The notes under the pieces: model-generated
What the model saw: only the letters and a program-made list of their open reading frames with translations
Told to the model about the DNA's origin: nothing
The model's database searches: none
Translations under genes and position numbers: made by a program
NCBI GenBank assembly: GCA_030141605.1
Contig: JAQGDQ010000085.1
Location: forward strand, 496,001-560,000
Source: Tubiluchus corallicola
Taxonomy: Eukaryota; Animalia; Priapulida
Direction of reading: 5' to 3'
DNA length: 64,000 bases
Shown here: positions 27,351 to 39,755 of the stretch, piece by piece
Numbering within the stretch: position 1 is the stretch's first letter
How the letters are laid out: every line of letters starts with the position of its first letter

Positions 27351-27882
27351 CAGTGTTCCCTCGCTACTTCGCGGTTTATTTATCGCGGACTCGCTGTTTC
27401 GCGGGTTTTCAAAAACATCAATGTAAAATATTTATCGTGGTATTTTCGCTGTTTCGCGGGTTTTTACTGTACTCCGTCTAAAGTATTTTTGCACATGCGT
27501 AGTACGTTTTGTACAGTAATGTATAGATTTGATGAATTTTGCATAAAAAAATCACAAAATGTATAAAAATACATTAAAAATATTAATTCTAACATTAAGA
27601 GAATATTACAAATCATAAAAATTACCATTTATAGTAAATAGTGTATTTGTTCGACGGATGAATACACACGAAAAACGAAATGTTGTACTTGCGCCTGCTT
27701 GAGATGCTGCTTGCCGACGTGAGATTGTACACACGACTGGTTGATTGATGGAAAGCAACCAACCAGAGAATGCTTCTCTGTATCCTAGTCGCTGATTGGC
27801 TAACTACTAAAATAAGTATAGCGTCCCTACTTCGCGGAAATTCACTTGCAACGGAACACCCGCAATAAGTGAGGGAACACTG
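27351..27882. mobile_element. pogo/Tigger-type (Tc1/mariner superfamily) MITE
   Basis: TIRs CAGTGTTCCCTCGCTACTTCGCGG / CCGCAATAAGTGAGGGAACACTG, with TA on both sides. Confidence 0.85.
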
Positions 27883-28149
27883 TACATCAAGATGCAACAA
27901 AAGAATGCGAGGGCAACGTACGACCATGCAGTCCTGTACACGTTGCCTTTATTCTAATATTATACTTTATAGTATACTGTAGTTAAATGAATTCTAATAT
28001 TACCGTATTGTTGACTATTGTCTTTTATTTGTTTAAAAATCAAATTGCACTTTAACATAATCTAGCAGTGAGTGCAATGAAAAAATAATTGTTGCAATCG
28101 CGAATTTATTGCAATATTGTAACTCTGTAATTATAATTTTCAGCAGAAT

Positions 28150-29750
28150 AGTCAAATAGAGGCTATGAGAAGCAGGAATTGCGCATAGTTCTCAGTGGTT
28201 AAACTGCCAGAGGCAGCATTCTAACAATGTGGATAATATAGGTGGTTAATAAATGTTTTAACGTACACAGGTTTAGAGACAACTACTGAGACAGCTGATA
28301 TGATACCATTAAAACAACTAAATCAAACAAATTTGTCTGAAGACAGCACTTTCTGTGAGAGTGCATTGCTGTAGTTGTCTTCATGATTTAAATGACTAAG
28401 GCTTCAAGTTAGGCCTACAAAGATTACAATGTTATATCAGGTATCAGCATTTCAAGCATAAGATGAGAGCTATAGCTGAGTGGTCATGATAATTTAGCGA
28501 CAAAAGTTTAAATTTAGACTTACTTGACATGCATTTCTTCAGTGCCAATTAGTTAACAAAAAGAAGAGGTCCAAGGTGTGACCCCTGAGGGACGTTATAT
28601 ATGCAATGTAAAGTCTGTCAAATAAGATGTCGTCTAATAGAATAAAACACCGTGTGGACGGTAATGTAAATAGTATATGTACGATCTCAAAGCTGACAAG
28701 GCATCACCCACAAAATTAGCAACAGATTTAAGTATTTTCGACGGTAAAGAATTGTCAACAGTATGAGAAGCTGAGCTGAGAGCTAAAAGAATAAGCATGC
28801 AGATTATTAGTAGTATGAACTGTAAAGAATGTTGTCTCTATTGAATGGCAATCCAGATAAGCATATTGTGAAAAGGTGGTGCATCAGGTGAGTCAGATTT
28901 TCTTATAAGCTAGACAGGTTGAAGTGTATGGCATCAAAATCTAGGGCGACGGGGCTATGGTGTATAATTGTATATTAGTCTTGTCACTGTTTTAAGTACG
29001 TGTATAATCAAGTATCTACGCATGCTGTCATAGTGTACTCTAATGTCTAAACAAGCATTCAGTTGTTTTCCTTGTATTGATATGATTCAGAAATATCTGA
29101 CGATGTTCACTGAATTATTCCTTTCTATTAACTACGAACTAGAAATAAACAATTTCTAATGATTTTACTGACGTGAAAAATTTCAGTTTGATCGTAGTTC
29201 CCAACCTAAGCGTCACACATTGATCAGTAGACTAATTATCAACTATATGTATCACGTTTATGCATTTTCACAAACTATAAATATCATCTTGTGTCCAAGG
29301 AGGCACTGTAAATTGTGGAATTCATTATAATACATCCTCCGCTTCATTAAAGTTTGTTTAAACGTCTTCCATATTCTGCAGTCACAGTCGGGGATGATGG
29401 ATTGGGATTGGAACATGTAGAACAGCCCAGAGCCAACAGCCTTTGAAGGAAACTGGAGGTTATAGACTGGGCGATAGCTCTTAATAAAAGTGTAATCAAA
29501 ACTTGCTTTTTATACTTCTTTTAACAATTATTTGATAAGTGCGTGTTTCCAGTCATCCAGGATAACAGGCAAAATATGTCAGCACAATATTTAACTAATT
29601 TTGTTGGCACGAGATCAGAAACAATAGCAATTTCTAAATTTTTTAACAAATTTTAGAACAAAATCTTGAGATAAAGTTTTAAACTCAGATAATAGGCTTT
29701 GGTAATATTATCAGTTTCATCATAATCCATGTCAGTCTGTTTTCAACGGA
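28150..29750 (-). mobile_element. Degenerate L2/CR1-group LINE reverse transcriptase remnant
   Basis: Minus-strand fragments in the expected order: DDWKHALI (~29560), KSYRPVYNLQFPSK (~29480), LLALSSASHTVDN (a decayed DLSAAFDTVDH, ~28780), VPQGSHLGPLLF (~28580). Many stops; boundaries approximate. Confidence 0.65.
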
Positions 29751-30058
29751 AACAGTGATATAACCGTTATCAATATCATCAATATAAATGCAATAATATC
29801 ATATACGTGATGATATACATGTTAATAAATTATTTTAATCAAATCACGATAGACAAAAACTTATTTTTACATTTTTTATCTTTCAACCTTGACCTTTGAC
29901 TTTTCATAACCAAAATTAATGAGTTTTCAGGTATTGTCCAGATATGCGTCGCATATTACGTCGCAAGTTTTAGGAAGGTCTCAGTTTATACTTTGAAGCA
30001 ACACTGAGGTGATGAGCTTCCTGAGAACATAACTTTGCAGCCTTGTTATGCCTACTGC

Positions 30059-30448
30059 TCATATGTCAGAAACTTCTGCAGGTCGTAATGGAGAATACGG
30101 TAGAAAGCGAAACGAACTCGTCCTGAAAAATCTTTCCCTTTTTTCCAACACTTCCCTATGTTTTAAGAACACCTCGTATTCAGCGTCCAAGTCGGGCCTG
30201 CCCTTGCGTTTCCACACATGGGAACCAATGAGGAACAAGATTATCATTGCGTAGAACATTATAACCACGCCCACATAGAGAATGGCTTCTAGTGGATCGC
30301 TTTCACGTGGTTGCTCCTTCGGAGTTTCTTGCGTTTTGTTGAGATCCGCCTCCACAAGGCTGCGCACGGCTGGTTTCAGAACATTGAGCCACCAGGTGAT
30401 ATTGCCACATTCGGATTCCACTTCGTCTTTGCACAATGTTAATTTCAT
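30059..30448 (-). CDS. Intronless 129-aa single-pass membrane protein, KCNE/MinK(MiRP)-like
   Basis: ATG at 30448 in ACC-ATG-A context (the ORF track starts at an upstream GTG). No signal peptide; two N-terminal sequons (NIT, NKT); TM EAILYVGVVIMFYAMIILFLIGSH followed by basic KRKGR and D.EYEVFL; C-terminus -SDI. More GC-rich than its flanks. Confidence 0.7.
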   Translation of the reverse strand: MKLTLCKDEVESECGNITWWLNVLKPAVRSLVEADLNKTQETPKEQPRESDPLEAILYVGVVIMFYAMIILFLIGSHVWKRKGRPDLDAEYEVFLKHREVLEKRERFFRTSSFRFLPYSPLRPAEVSDI

Positions 30449-33400
30449 GGTTAAAATTTCCACAAAAATTGTACCACGGCCTTCTATGATATGCCTATTT
30501 AAGCAGTGTCTGATCTAGTGTTTTATTTCGTTGCTGACATATCTTCTGAGCTAAGCACAATGGCATTGTAATTTCACATGTTCACAACTACTGCCATCTA
30601 GCTGGTTACGACAATTAGCAGCCGATAAAAAATGGTGTTTGGTAAAATCAGGGTGTCCTACAAATTTTCAAGATACTGCAACATAAAACCATCAAAGTTT
30701 TTTCATTCATCTTAAAACTAGAAAGGACAACCTAATGAGTTTTGTGTTGAACCTTCTTCATTGTAGAATTACACATGCCGTCAGATAATCACTAATACTG
30801 TACTTAGTGTATTAGTAAAATCACAGATTCTTCCTAAACTGATTTGCACTATTATTTTTGCAAGCTAAAAAGGTGCAAAATTATGGATATCGGAAGCCAA
30901 ACCGTTATTACGAGGGTTGTTTGGCCCAGAAAGACGCAATTAGCGATACATTTATTGAATCACGCAAAAACGAAGCTGACTACAAGAGACCTGACAAAAC
31001 TGACGTCACTCAGATTCGCTGTCCATCTCTAAGATTGTCCGTGACGGTCATTGGTCAAGTCATTTTCGCATAATGATCTTCAGCCGTAAGCAGTAGAAAT
31101 TTAGTCACAGCCAAGAAATGCCGGTGGAAGCTTGTCAATTATCCGAACGGTTTGAGCAGGTTACCTGTAGATAACGCTATGCCAAATTCACAAATTCGTT
31201 CCTCTCACGCAGTATAATTGATATCTGCAATAAAACGAGAAATTTGTTACTTTTACTCGTGCTTTAATTGTACTTGCTGGCGTAATGCCAGTTTTGTTAA
31301 CAGTGTATTACATTTGCTTTCAAATGTCTGAGTTCACAGTCAATTCTCGTTTTAGCTGTTGAATCGAGTTAGAGATGAGAATACATTTTGTCACTATAAT
31401 CGCTATTATTGTCACCGCCATCGTCATTGTCACCAACTGTAGAAACTTTATAGTTGGCTATATAGGTTGACTGAACAACTTGTAAAGACTTTATATACTT
31501 TCAAACTGAATTATGTGACTGGTTCACTCTGGTGCTTAAAGCAAGAAGAGAATTGAAAATGCATTGAACTGTGAAAGACTTTATTTGCTATTTACACGAA
31601 AGGAAAACACACATGGTGACAACTCAGCAGCAATAATCGGAAGAAAAAGAGCCCAGCCCGCGTAGCAGAGCTACCCAAGTCATATGCACCTACTGAGCTT
31701 ACCTGATTGGCTAGTGAAACTCACTAGCAATCTTCACTACTATGTATGGGAAGCCCAGCAGGTACAGGTGACTGGGCAGCACAGACCAAGGCCACAACCT
31801 GGATTAAACTTGAATCAGGTTACAATGATAAATAATTTGAAGTGGAGGTGGCAACACATGTTTAATTATTGGTAGAAGTACTTTCAATTATAAATCGCAA
31901 ATGAAAATGCGCGACACCAATATAATAATCATTATTATCATCATCATCATTACCATCGTTTTCTTCGCTGTCTTGTTCTTCGTAATTTTACTTTCTCCTT
32001 TTCTCATTCTAAGACGTTAACTTTTTAAATTTTCTTTCTTATTACTCAGCTTCTTCTTTTATATTCCTGTTTTTTTTCATTTTTAATGGGACTATCAACA
32101 CAAGCTGTTGGCAGTGCTAAGGATGATAAATCTACGGACTTATTGAGAATAATGTAGCAGTAATGATCGAGTTCAGCTTTCTTCTTGTTCTTCGCTTTTC
32201 TCTTGAAAATGCTCCTGTGGATAATTTATATTCCTGTCTCGTGTTTCCCTGGGTAAAATAGATAACAAGCGGTTACGACCTCTTGCGTCAAGTTACACGC
32301 CTCTTGTCAGTTCTAATCAAGTAAAGTAATTTTGCTTTTTGTGGCTGCCTTGCGTTCTGTGCCCTGAAATAATTACTGGCTTCAGCAAAAGTCATTTCCC
32401 TTTAGTTAGATTCGTTAGTTTTTTTGGCTTAGCGAAGCACAAAATAATACTTTAGGGCAATTCTTTCTTTTTATTTTTTAAATACTTTTATTATTACACG
32501 TCCGTGTCTAATGATTACTCTCAGTGGAACTTACATTTTTAAAACACTCTTAACAACAATCATATTAGCAGTTACAACGAGTCACTGTAAAAGTAAAAAA
32601 TAGACAGTAATATCAACAGTAATAATCTCTATGTCAACTCTCATAATAAGGTTATAATCCCAGCAGCACTGGAAAAAGTGTTTGAATATCGAGAAGTATA
32701 GGCCTAGATTGCTCTCGTTTTTATAATGTTATTACGGGGGCGAAATACCATTTATTTTCGACCCTCCCCCCTCTACATTGTGACGGTCGCCATTGCATAG
32801 TGGCGATGAATACTAGGTATAAAACCGTCACTATGGAATGACCTCGTCGATTTAGTTTGGAGAATGGGTCAGGCGCGTTTACCAGTTAAGCACCTGTTCC
32901 ACAATCGCAACAGCATGAGGAACACGTGGTTGAAGTCTGGCAGTTTCTTACTATAAATTTCCTGTTTAATTCGCATTTTACGTAGTCACTTCTAGTTTTG
33001 TGGTACAATATTGCAACAATTCAGTATTGAACCCTGGACCTCTTGGCCGCCGATCATTACAATATCAATGATTATTTTGTTCTTTTGTCTTCTTACTGTT
33101 CTTTTGAAACTATTACATTTTTTTATTGAATACAATTATGGCTTGATAGCATAATTATTGTAATGTTGACTTACTCAGAAAATGAAACGCCCACGACCAA
33201 CGTTGAGGTTACTGGGCTGAATGTGAAATAAATTAGATAAATAAATAAAATGGGTTAGAATTAAATTTGATAAATTAGTGTGCTACGGGAAATTACATAT
33301 GTATTAAAATTGAAGATGCTTGTAAATATGCGCAGCTAGCCCAGTGATAATAATGTTATGAAGCATACAAGTAATAAACTTAATTCCTCACAGTTTCGTC

Positions 33401-34249
33401 AACTTTCCTCAAGGTAATGCTCTAATTTAAACAAGTTAAAGTTCAAGGTCAGAGTTGCTATATACGCTACTGTATATTCTAAAGTTGGGAAACAAAATGT
33501 GTTCTTGCTTTGCCAGCAATCCTGAGTTCTGGGCTTTTGTAGGCCCCTACTACTGAAGCGCTACGGTAGAAGATCAAAACGTGCCTTTGCTCTAGCAATC
33601 TTGAGCTCCTTGGCATTTATATTAATGAAGCATTAAACTTGCTTTTCCGGCAATCCCGAGCCATGGGTTCCCGCACTGGAAGTATCCTGTATTCCAAGGC
33701 TTTCGCGAAGAGTCATTCAATCCATCTTCGCTATTTAATCCAAAGTTGGCATTTGAGGATCCAATGACGACAATCCAAGTCATCCAACACTCGTTCCTAA
33801 GCGCAACGTCAATATTCAGCTGTCGATTAGGCGCCTGTCAATCAAGTTAGTCGTCGAATCTCCAAGAGTTTTAATTAATTGAACAGGGGACGCTGGGGAG
33901 CTGATGACGTTTGATATGCATTGATGATCGATGAGACTGGAATGAAGCTCAACATTCACAGCACCTCGGAGAGGATTTAGGTACTGTTGTTTACACATTT
34001 TAGTCCCATATCTCGGGGACAATTTACTTAAGCTTTTAATGGTTCAAAGTGCCCCTAAGTACCTAAGATTTTGTAACACCATTAGAACGTCTTAGACAAT
34101 GTATTGAATAAAATGGTTTAAAACTGCAGCCATTCCCATGCAAATTCAATTACCAATTGACGTTTGGCGAGAAAAGTAGATGTATGCATATTTACTAGTT
34201 GGAGATATTACTATGGAAAATGTCAAGCGCAAAATTTTTTCCGCTTGCA

Positions 34250-34700
34250 GTGAGCTGGCGCTTTGCTGCTGTTGCTACTGCTGTTTACACTATTATTCTG
34301 CTGATGTTACCGAACCTGTGTACTTTGCTGCTATTGTTGCTGTTGCTGTTGGCACCATTATTCTGCTAATGTTGCTGAAACTGCTACACTGCTGCTGCTA
34401 TTGCTACTGCTGCCAACATTACTCTCAGTCTGTCGATGCTGTTTGCCATGGTTACTCTGTTGCTGCTGCTACTGGTGTTGCTGTTGCTGATGCTGTACCA
34501 CTGTTACACAGCTGTTATTACAGTACTCTTATGCTGATGCTGCCACCATTACTGAGCTGCTGCTGCTGCCACCATTACTGAGCTGCTGCTGCTGCCACCG
34601 TTACTTCACTGTTGCTACTGCCAATGCTACTGTGTCAAGCTCCTGCCAACGTTCTGCTGCTGCTGCTGCTGCTTCCGCCGTTAATCTGCTGATAATGCCG
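34250..34700. repeat. Degenerate (CTG/GCT)n low-complexity tract
   Basis: Dense TGCTGC/TGTTGC triplets; tandem duplication of CCACCATTACTGAGCTGCTGCTGCTG. Confidence 0.85.
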
Positions 34701-35709
34701 CCGGATAATCGAAAGAAAACCTGCATAACGACAGTTTACAGACCATATCTAAGATTTAATTTACCCAGCTGTGTTTCTCACGCGGGTTAAATGAAGACTG
34801 ATTTAAAAGCCCAGAAAAGACATTAACGATTTACAACCGCAATTGCCGAGCCGGTTGGAAATGAATTTAGGTTTCAAACTTTGACATTTATGGAGTCTGC
34901 AAATAGTTTTATTGAATGTTGTGTAAATTTGCGGTTCCTAAGTGGCTTCGCTATAAAAGGCTGAATGATAAATTGTTTTTTTCTTCAAAGCAACAACGTA
35001 AACACTATCTAAAATGGGCCACTTTGCATTAATTACTGAGACCTTGAATTTCTTTCTCGGGCATTTGCCATTAATAACGTTTGAGAGCTGAAAGCTTCTC
35101 AGATTGCCATTAACTTAATTAAAAGCAGTGAATTATGGAACATGAAAAATTCATTTTCGCATTTATGTTTATTAGATTTAGCGAAGTTAAGCCCCTGCCT
35201 AGCTGCCTTGAAGAAGGTAACAACTGCAGTAAAAAGAGAAAGGTGGGCGAATGAAATAATACAATTACAAAGGCACCGAAAGGACCAAAACTAGTTTTAA
35301 AAGTTGGCAAATTGCTAACATTGTAAGATTTTGTTATCTGTTTCAATAAACTGCATGGCATTCTCCTGGTTTTTCTCGCACTGCATTTCCAAGAACCGAA
35401 ATATTGTTACATGAACGTTTAGATAGGAAATTACTAGCAAGAAAATATCCTTTCGAAATGTCTTTAGAAATACCCTACTCATTTTTCTTTCAGTAAAATT
35501 AAACCAATGTATTTAAATCCGGCCCGACAGTTCGTGAGCGTTTCCAGTAATCAGTCATTCCGTCTAATAATTTTTACAGTATTTTTATTTGAAGAAAATA
35601 TTGCAAATATATACGCAATAGTAATAAATACAAACCTAGTTACTCAAATACTGATTGGCTAACTGGTAAACCTATATTAAATTTCAGAGTGTAAATATAT
35701 AACTTATGC

Positions 35710-36245
35710 ATATATATATATAAATTGCATAGGTAGACAATTTGAAAAAATTGTTAGTTATTCAGTTACGAATGAGACCAAAATATTTATGTAACTTGCA
35801 GTTGAGTAGGTGAGAGCGAAAGGATGAGACAAATTAGTTATAATCTGTTCAATGTTGATGTAAGCCTGCAATATTACAATGTACGAAGGTGAGACTAACG
35901 AAGGAAATGCGAAATGAGATGGTGATTATGGGAACGCAAGAGTATAAATAATTTGCTGTGTAAATAAGTAGTCAAAGAATTTATTAGAGTAATGTTAATC
36001 TTAATGATTAAAACCCCCACTTTGTATAACAAACGTAATGGCGGCAGATACTATAGCATTGTTAGAATCGGGAGAAGGTCAGGTATCACAGCGTAGTAGT
36101 ATTTGGATATTATTCTGAGTGAGGCTGTTTAAAGGAAGATTATGGTGTCGGTAAAGTGGGCAGTAGAGTAGAATATGGTTAGGATCTTCATAGGGAGTAC
36201 CACAAAAACAATGTGAAGGAGGGCAATAAAATTAGAATACATGTA
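35710..36245 (-). mobile_element. LINE 3' end remnant with C-terminal CCHC knuckle
   Basis: Minus frame CFCGTPYEDPNHILLYCPLY near 36150-36215, followed by a 3' UTR-like stretch ending in (TA)n. Confidence 0.6.
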
Positions 36246-38281
36246 TGTTTTCACATTGCATTCACATTTCACAAAGCAATTCATTCTCATCCGTGCTTTG
36301 TGACCTTTCTTAAACAGTTCTTGTAACTTATTTTACTATGTATGTATTATGTATTTTAGTTTTCTAAATAACTTTTCGCTCGGCTACTAATTTTTATCTT
36401 TTAACTATATCTCTCTTAATCTTACAAATGAACTTTTTTAGTATTCAGGATACTTGAATTTATGTATTTATGTCGGAATATTCTTACATGTATTTACAAA
36501 CTAATGTTCTTTGTACTCCAAACCGACATTAAATAAAATAAACTGTAACCAGTTTGTACTGTAACTATAATTTTGGTAACAGGTTTTATAAATATGAAGG
36601 ACAACACCACTGGACAATTTGTATAGTTGTAGCAGTGAGGTAAATAGTCATATGCCATGCACGCATTTTCACAGTTTAACAAAATAGCTTCAGTTTAGAC
36701 AATTTGACCCAACGCAACGTCACACTACTGATATCTAAATGCGCCATTAACTGTAAAATTGTTCCTCGGCTTTAAATTGAAGCCCTATATGGCCACTTAG
36801 CAAGGTTATTTACTCGACTAATGGCCTGAGTCTGAATGTGCCATGCACGCTAACTGCAAGCTTTGTTAAGACTGCTATGTAGAGTTTGCAGAGTACTGCT
36901 TCCTGTTTCCTTGTTAACGTGACTGTTTATCTAGTTGAGTGCCTATCTGCCTTATAAATGTGCCTGTCGACGATTTAAGAACCCAATGTAGGCCTATTAA
37001 TGGCTGCGCAAACAGTCTTTTCTCGTGTACAAACTCAATCCGAAACATAATCAAAATAACTTTTATCACGATATTTTGTGCATTTTTATTTTTGCAGTTT
37101 TTGTATTTTTGAAGATAGTTAACAGCGACTTTTCATTTATTTATTGCGCGTTTTTCTAACTGTGGCTTCAATTCTTTTCATTAAGAATTCTCTCAGTGTT
37201 ATTAGGGATAATTAGCTTCTTTGATGACAGTTCGAATACGACTTTTGATGAGAGCGACGTGATGCGGTATGTATTCATACACACGTCTAGCAAGTTTGAT
37301 AGTCGTGCATTTTTTATTACCAGTAGTCAGAACGCATGGATCTTATCAGACTCACTTTTTTCGTACAGAAACCCTCAGTAATCTGGATACGCGCATTTTA
37401 ATAGGTGACACATACTTTGATACTTAATGTTGTTTGTTAAAATGGAGCATTTGAACAATAGCCGAATGACTGTCGGCTTGTTTGCTCCCAAACATTCAAC
37501 TATCACCAAAACAAAAAAGCAGCTACGAACTTAATAGGCCTACTGTAAACTAAGAGAACATGTAATTTTGTCAAACAAATAACTTATTTTTGTTATTAAA
37601 TTTTTATAATAATTGAATTTCACGGATTTGTAATTTTGAATGTAAAGAAGATGGCGGGAAGCATCTTCGGGAAACAAGATGACGCAGCTTGTACTTCAAT
37701 ATTAATTAGAAATTGTTGTTAACAGTGGTGCTGATAAGCCACTGGCGTAGCAATGTCTAGTTCTTTGCTGGATTACTGCTGCGTTTACCTGTCTGAAGGG
37801 CAGATTTCTTTTATTTTAGAATTCTGCCTGTCCAATGTCTCCAATAGACGTGACGGGCGTATGATGATGATGTTAACAGTAAAAAAATCTTCAGTGAGAG
37901 CACGATTTAACCTTTTCTTAATTCGGTAATCATTTTTTTACGTTCGATTTTATATTTTTAATGGTTAGGCTTGCTTATTAAATAGCATGACACCATCGTA
38001 CATAAGCTGAAACTTAGTCAAATTTACCTTCCCTCAAAATATTTCAATTACTACTAGACTCGCCTGGAAAAATGAGAGATTAAAATCCTCTAGAAAAGAC
38101 TGCTGTTGTCCTGAGATGCCTTGGAGCTTGAATCAAAATGTTCTTGTTTTAGCTTTAGCTAAGAACTTGCAAAACCCGAATGTCGAAGCGAATCACGAGG
38201 GAAGCTTTTACTCTGCTGTAGGCTTTGTACCGCTTTGATCCTGTCAAACTCACTGGGGAAGTTATAACCCTTTTTTAAAAT

Positions 38282-38498
38282 TAATATTGAGCTTTGAGAT
38301 TTGTTATATTAATACAGAGAAGACTTGTTTTGATGTAATATTGAGCTGTGAGATTTGCTTTAATGTAATATAGAGCTTTGAGACTTGCTATGTTAATACA
38401 GAGAAGACATGCTTTGATATAATATTGAGCTGTGAGACTTGCTTTGATAAAATATTGAGTTTTGAGACTTGCTTTGATTTAATATTGAGCTTCGCGAC
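38282..38498. repeat. Minisatellite, 26-30-bp units
   Basis: About 7.5 copies of AATATTGAGCTTTGAGACTTGCTTTGAT-like units. Confidence 0.9.
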
Positions 38499-39542
38499 AC
38501 AAGTCTTTTGAATGTGTGATATTAACCTTGACATACCTGTAAGAATAAGCAAAGTTTAAACAAAGGGAAAATGGGCAGAATAAAAAAATCGTTGGAATTT
38601 TTTCGTGATACCACTAAACTATATTTTCACAGAATAGCGATATTTTATTATGAGCAAACATGTAGATCTTACATCGGGAACACGAATTTGTATGTCTGAT
38701 TTCCTGGAGATTTCCTGGCTGAAGTGAGTGAGAAAATAAAGAGTTTAAAAGTCGTTTTGGACAAACAAATGCTGTTTTTTACCTGGCTGAACAGCTAGCT
38801 TGCTCCTGCTAGATGAAAGCAGACACATAGAATTACAGAAAAAATAATTCATGGTCATTTAGTTAATTAAGTAGTACAAAATATTAATATTGTGATAAAC
38901 ATTTGAAAATGAAGAGTTTCATTTTTGAACAACTTTTTGTGTAGTTTGTGAATAAGAAAGACCAAATTGCGGGAGCTTCCCCAAAGTTCCGTAGACCTAA
39001 TAATATAAAAGAACTTGTGTAATTTTTATTTTCTAGTACAAAAAAATATTTTCAGGGCTGACAGGCAAAATAAAACATCTACTTTAATTATCAGGTTTTT
39101 CTCAAAAGGTATCAAGTGTAGTTTTTGTTGAATGTTGTTTGTCATCGCAAGTCTACGCATTCCTACCTTGAAAGTACACTAGATCCTCTGCATTCAGTAA
39201 TACGTGTAGTTTAGTTTAGTACATGGCGCTACGAACGCAGTGAAGTGTACTAATGCTAGTAAATTATACATAATAACATACATGGTGACGTCTACTGACA
39301 AGAAAAAGGAGATATTATAAGTTGACGCCCTTTTAATTTCGGATATGTATGGGTACTTGTTACTGTAAGGATATTCTTTTTAAATTACGGAAAAATTCTG
39401 ATTTCATCAAGTTTGATTTGTTTGTTTATTGGCAACGTGTTTATCTGTCTTATTTTGCTTATATAACCTTTAGGCTTAAATTGTACTTACCAGTAGTTAT
39501 TTGTTGATAAACGCACTCACTTACATAGCCTCCTGCCCCCAC

Positions 39543-39755
39543 CTGTTTATTGCATTGAGAAATGATGTATATACACAGAACATAGTCAAAGCTCATTTGC
39601 CGGTTCAGTATCCCACATTTGACATTCACTTAGGCCCCAGTTTTGCCACAATTATCAACATGATAAGTAAATCTTATCGTCGAGCACCGGTTGCCAGATT
39701 ATAGTGTACCAAACTGCATAGAAATACATTCATTGCTTTGTGAAGAACCATTATA
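39543..39755 (+). repeat. Dispersed repeat, diverged copy of 43420-43615
   Basis: Shared TTTATT.CATTGAGA.ATG..GTATATACA, AGCTCATTTGC, TATCCCA.ATTTGACA, TCAACATGATA.GTAAA, ACCAAACTG. Confidence 0.75.

Noticed and set aside
34180-34581. 133-aa Cys/Ala/Leu-rich ORF
   Set aside because: By-product of the CTG-rich low-complexity tract; no domain signature.
38282-38498. CRISPR-like array
   Set aside because: Eukaryotic context, tandem units with no unique spacers, no cas genes.
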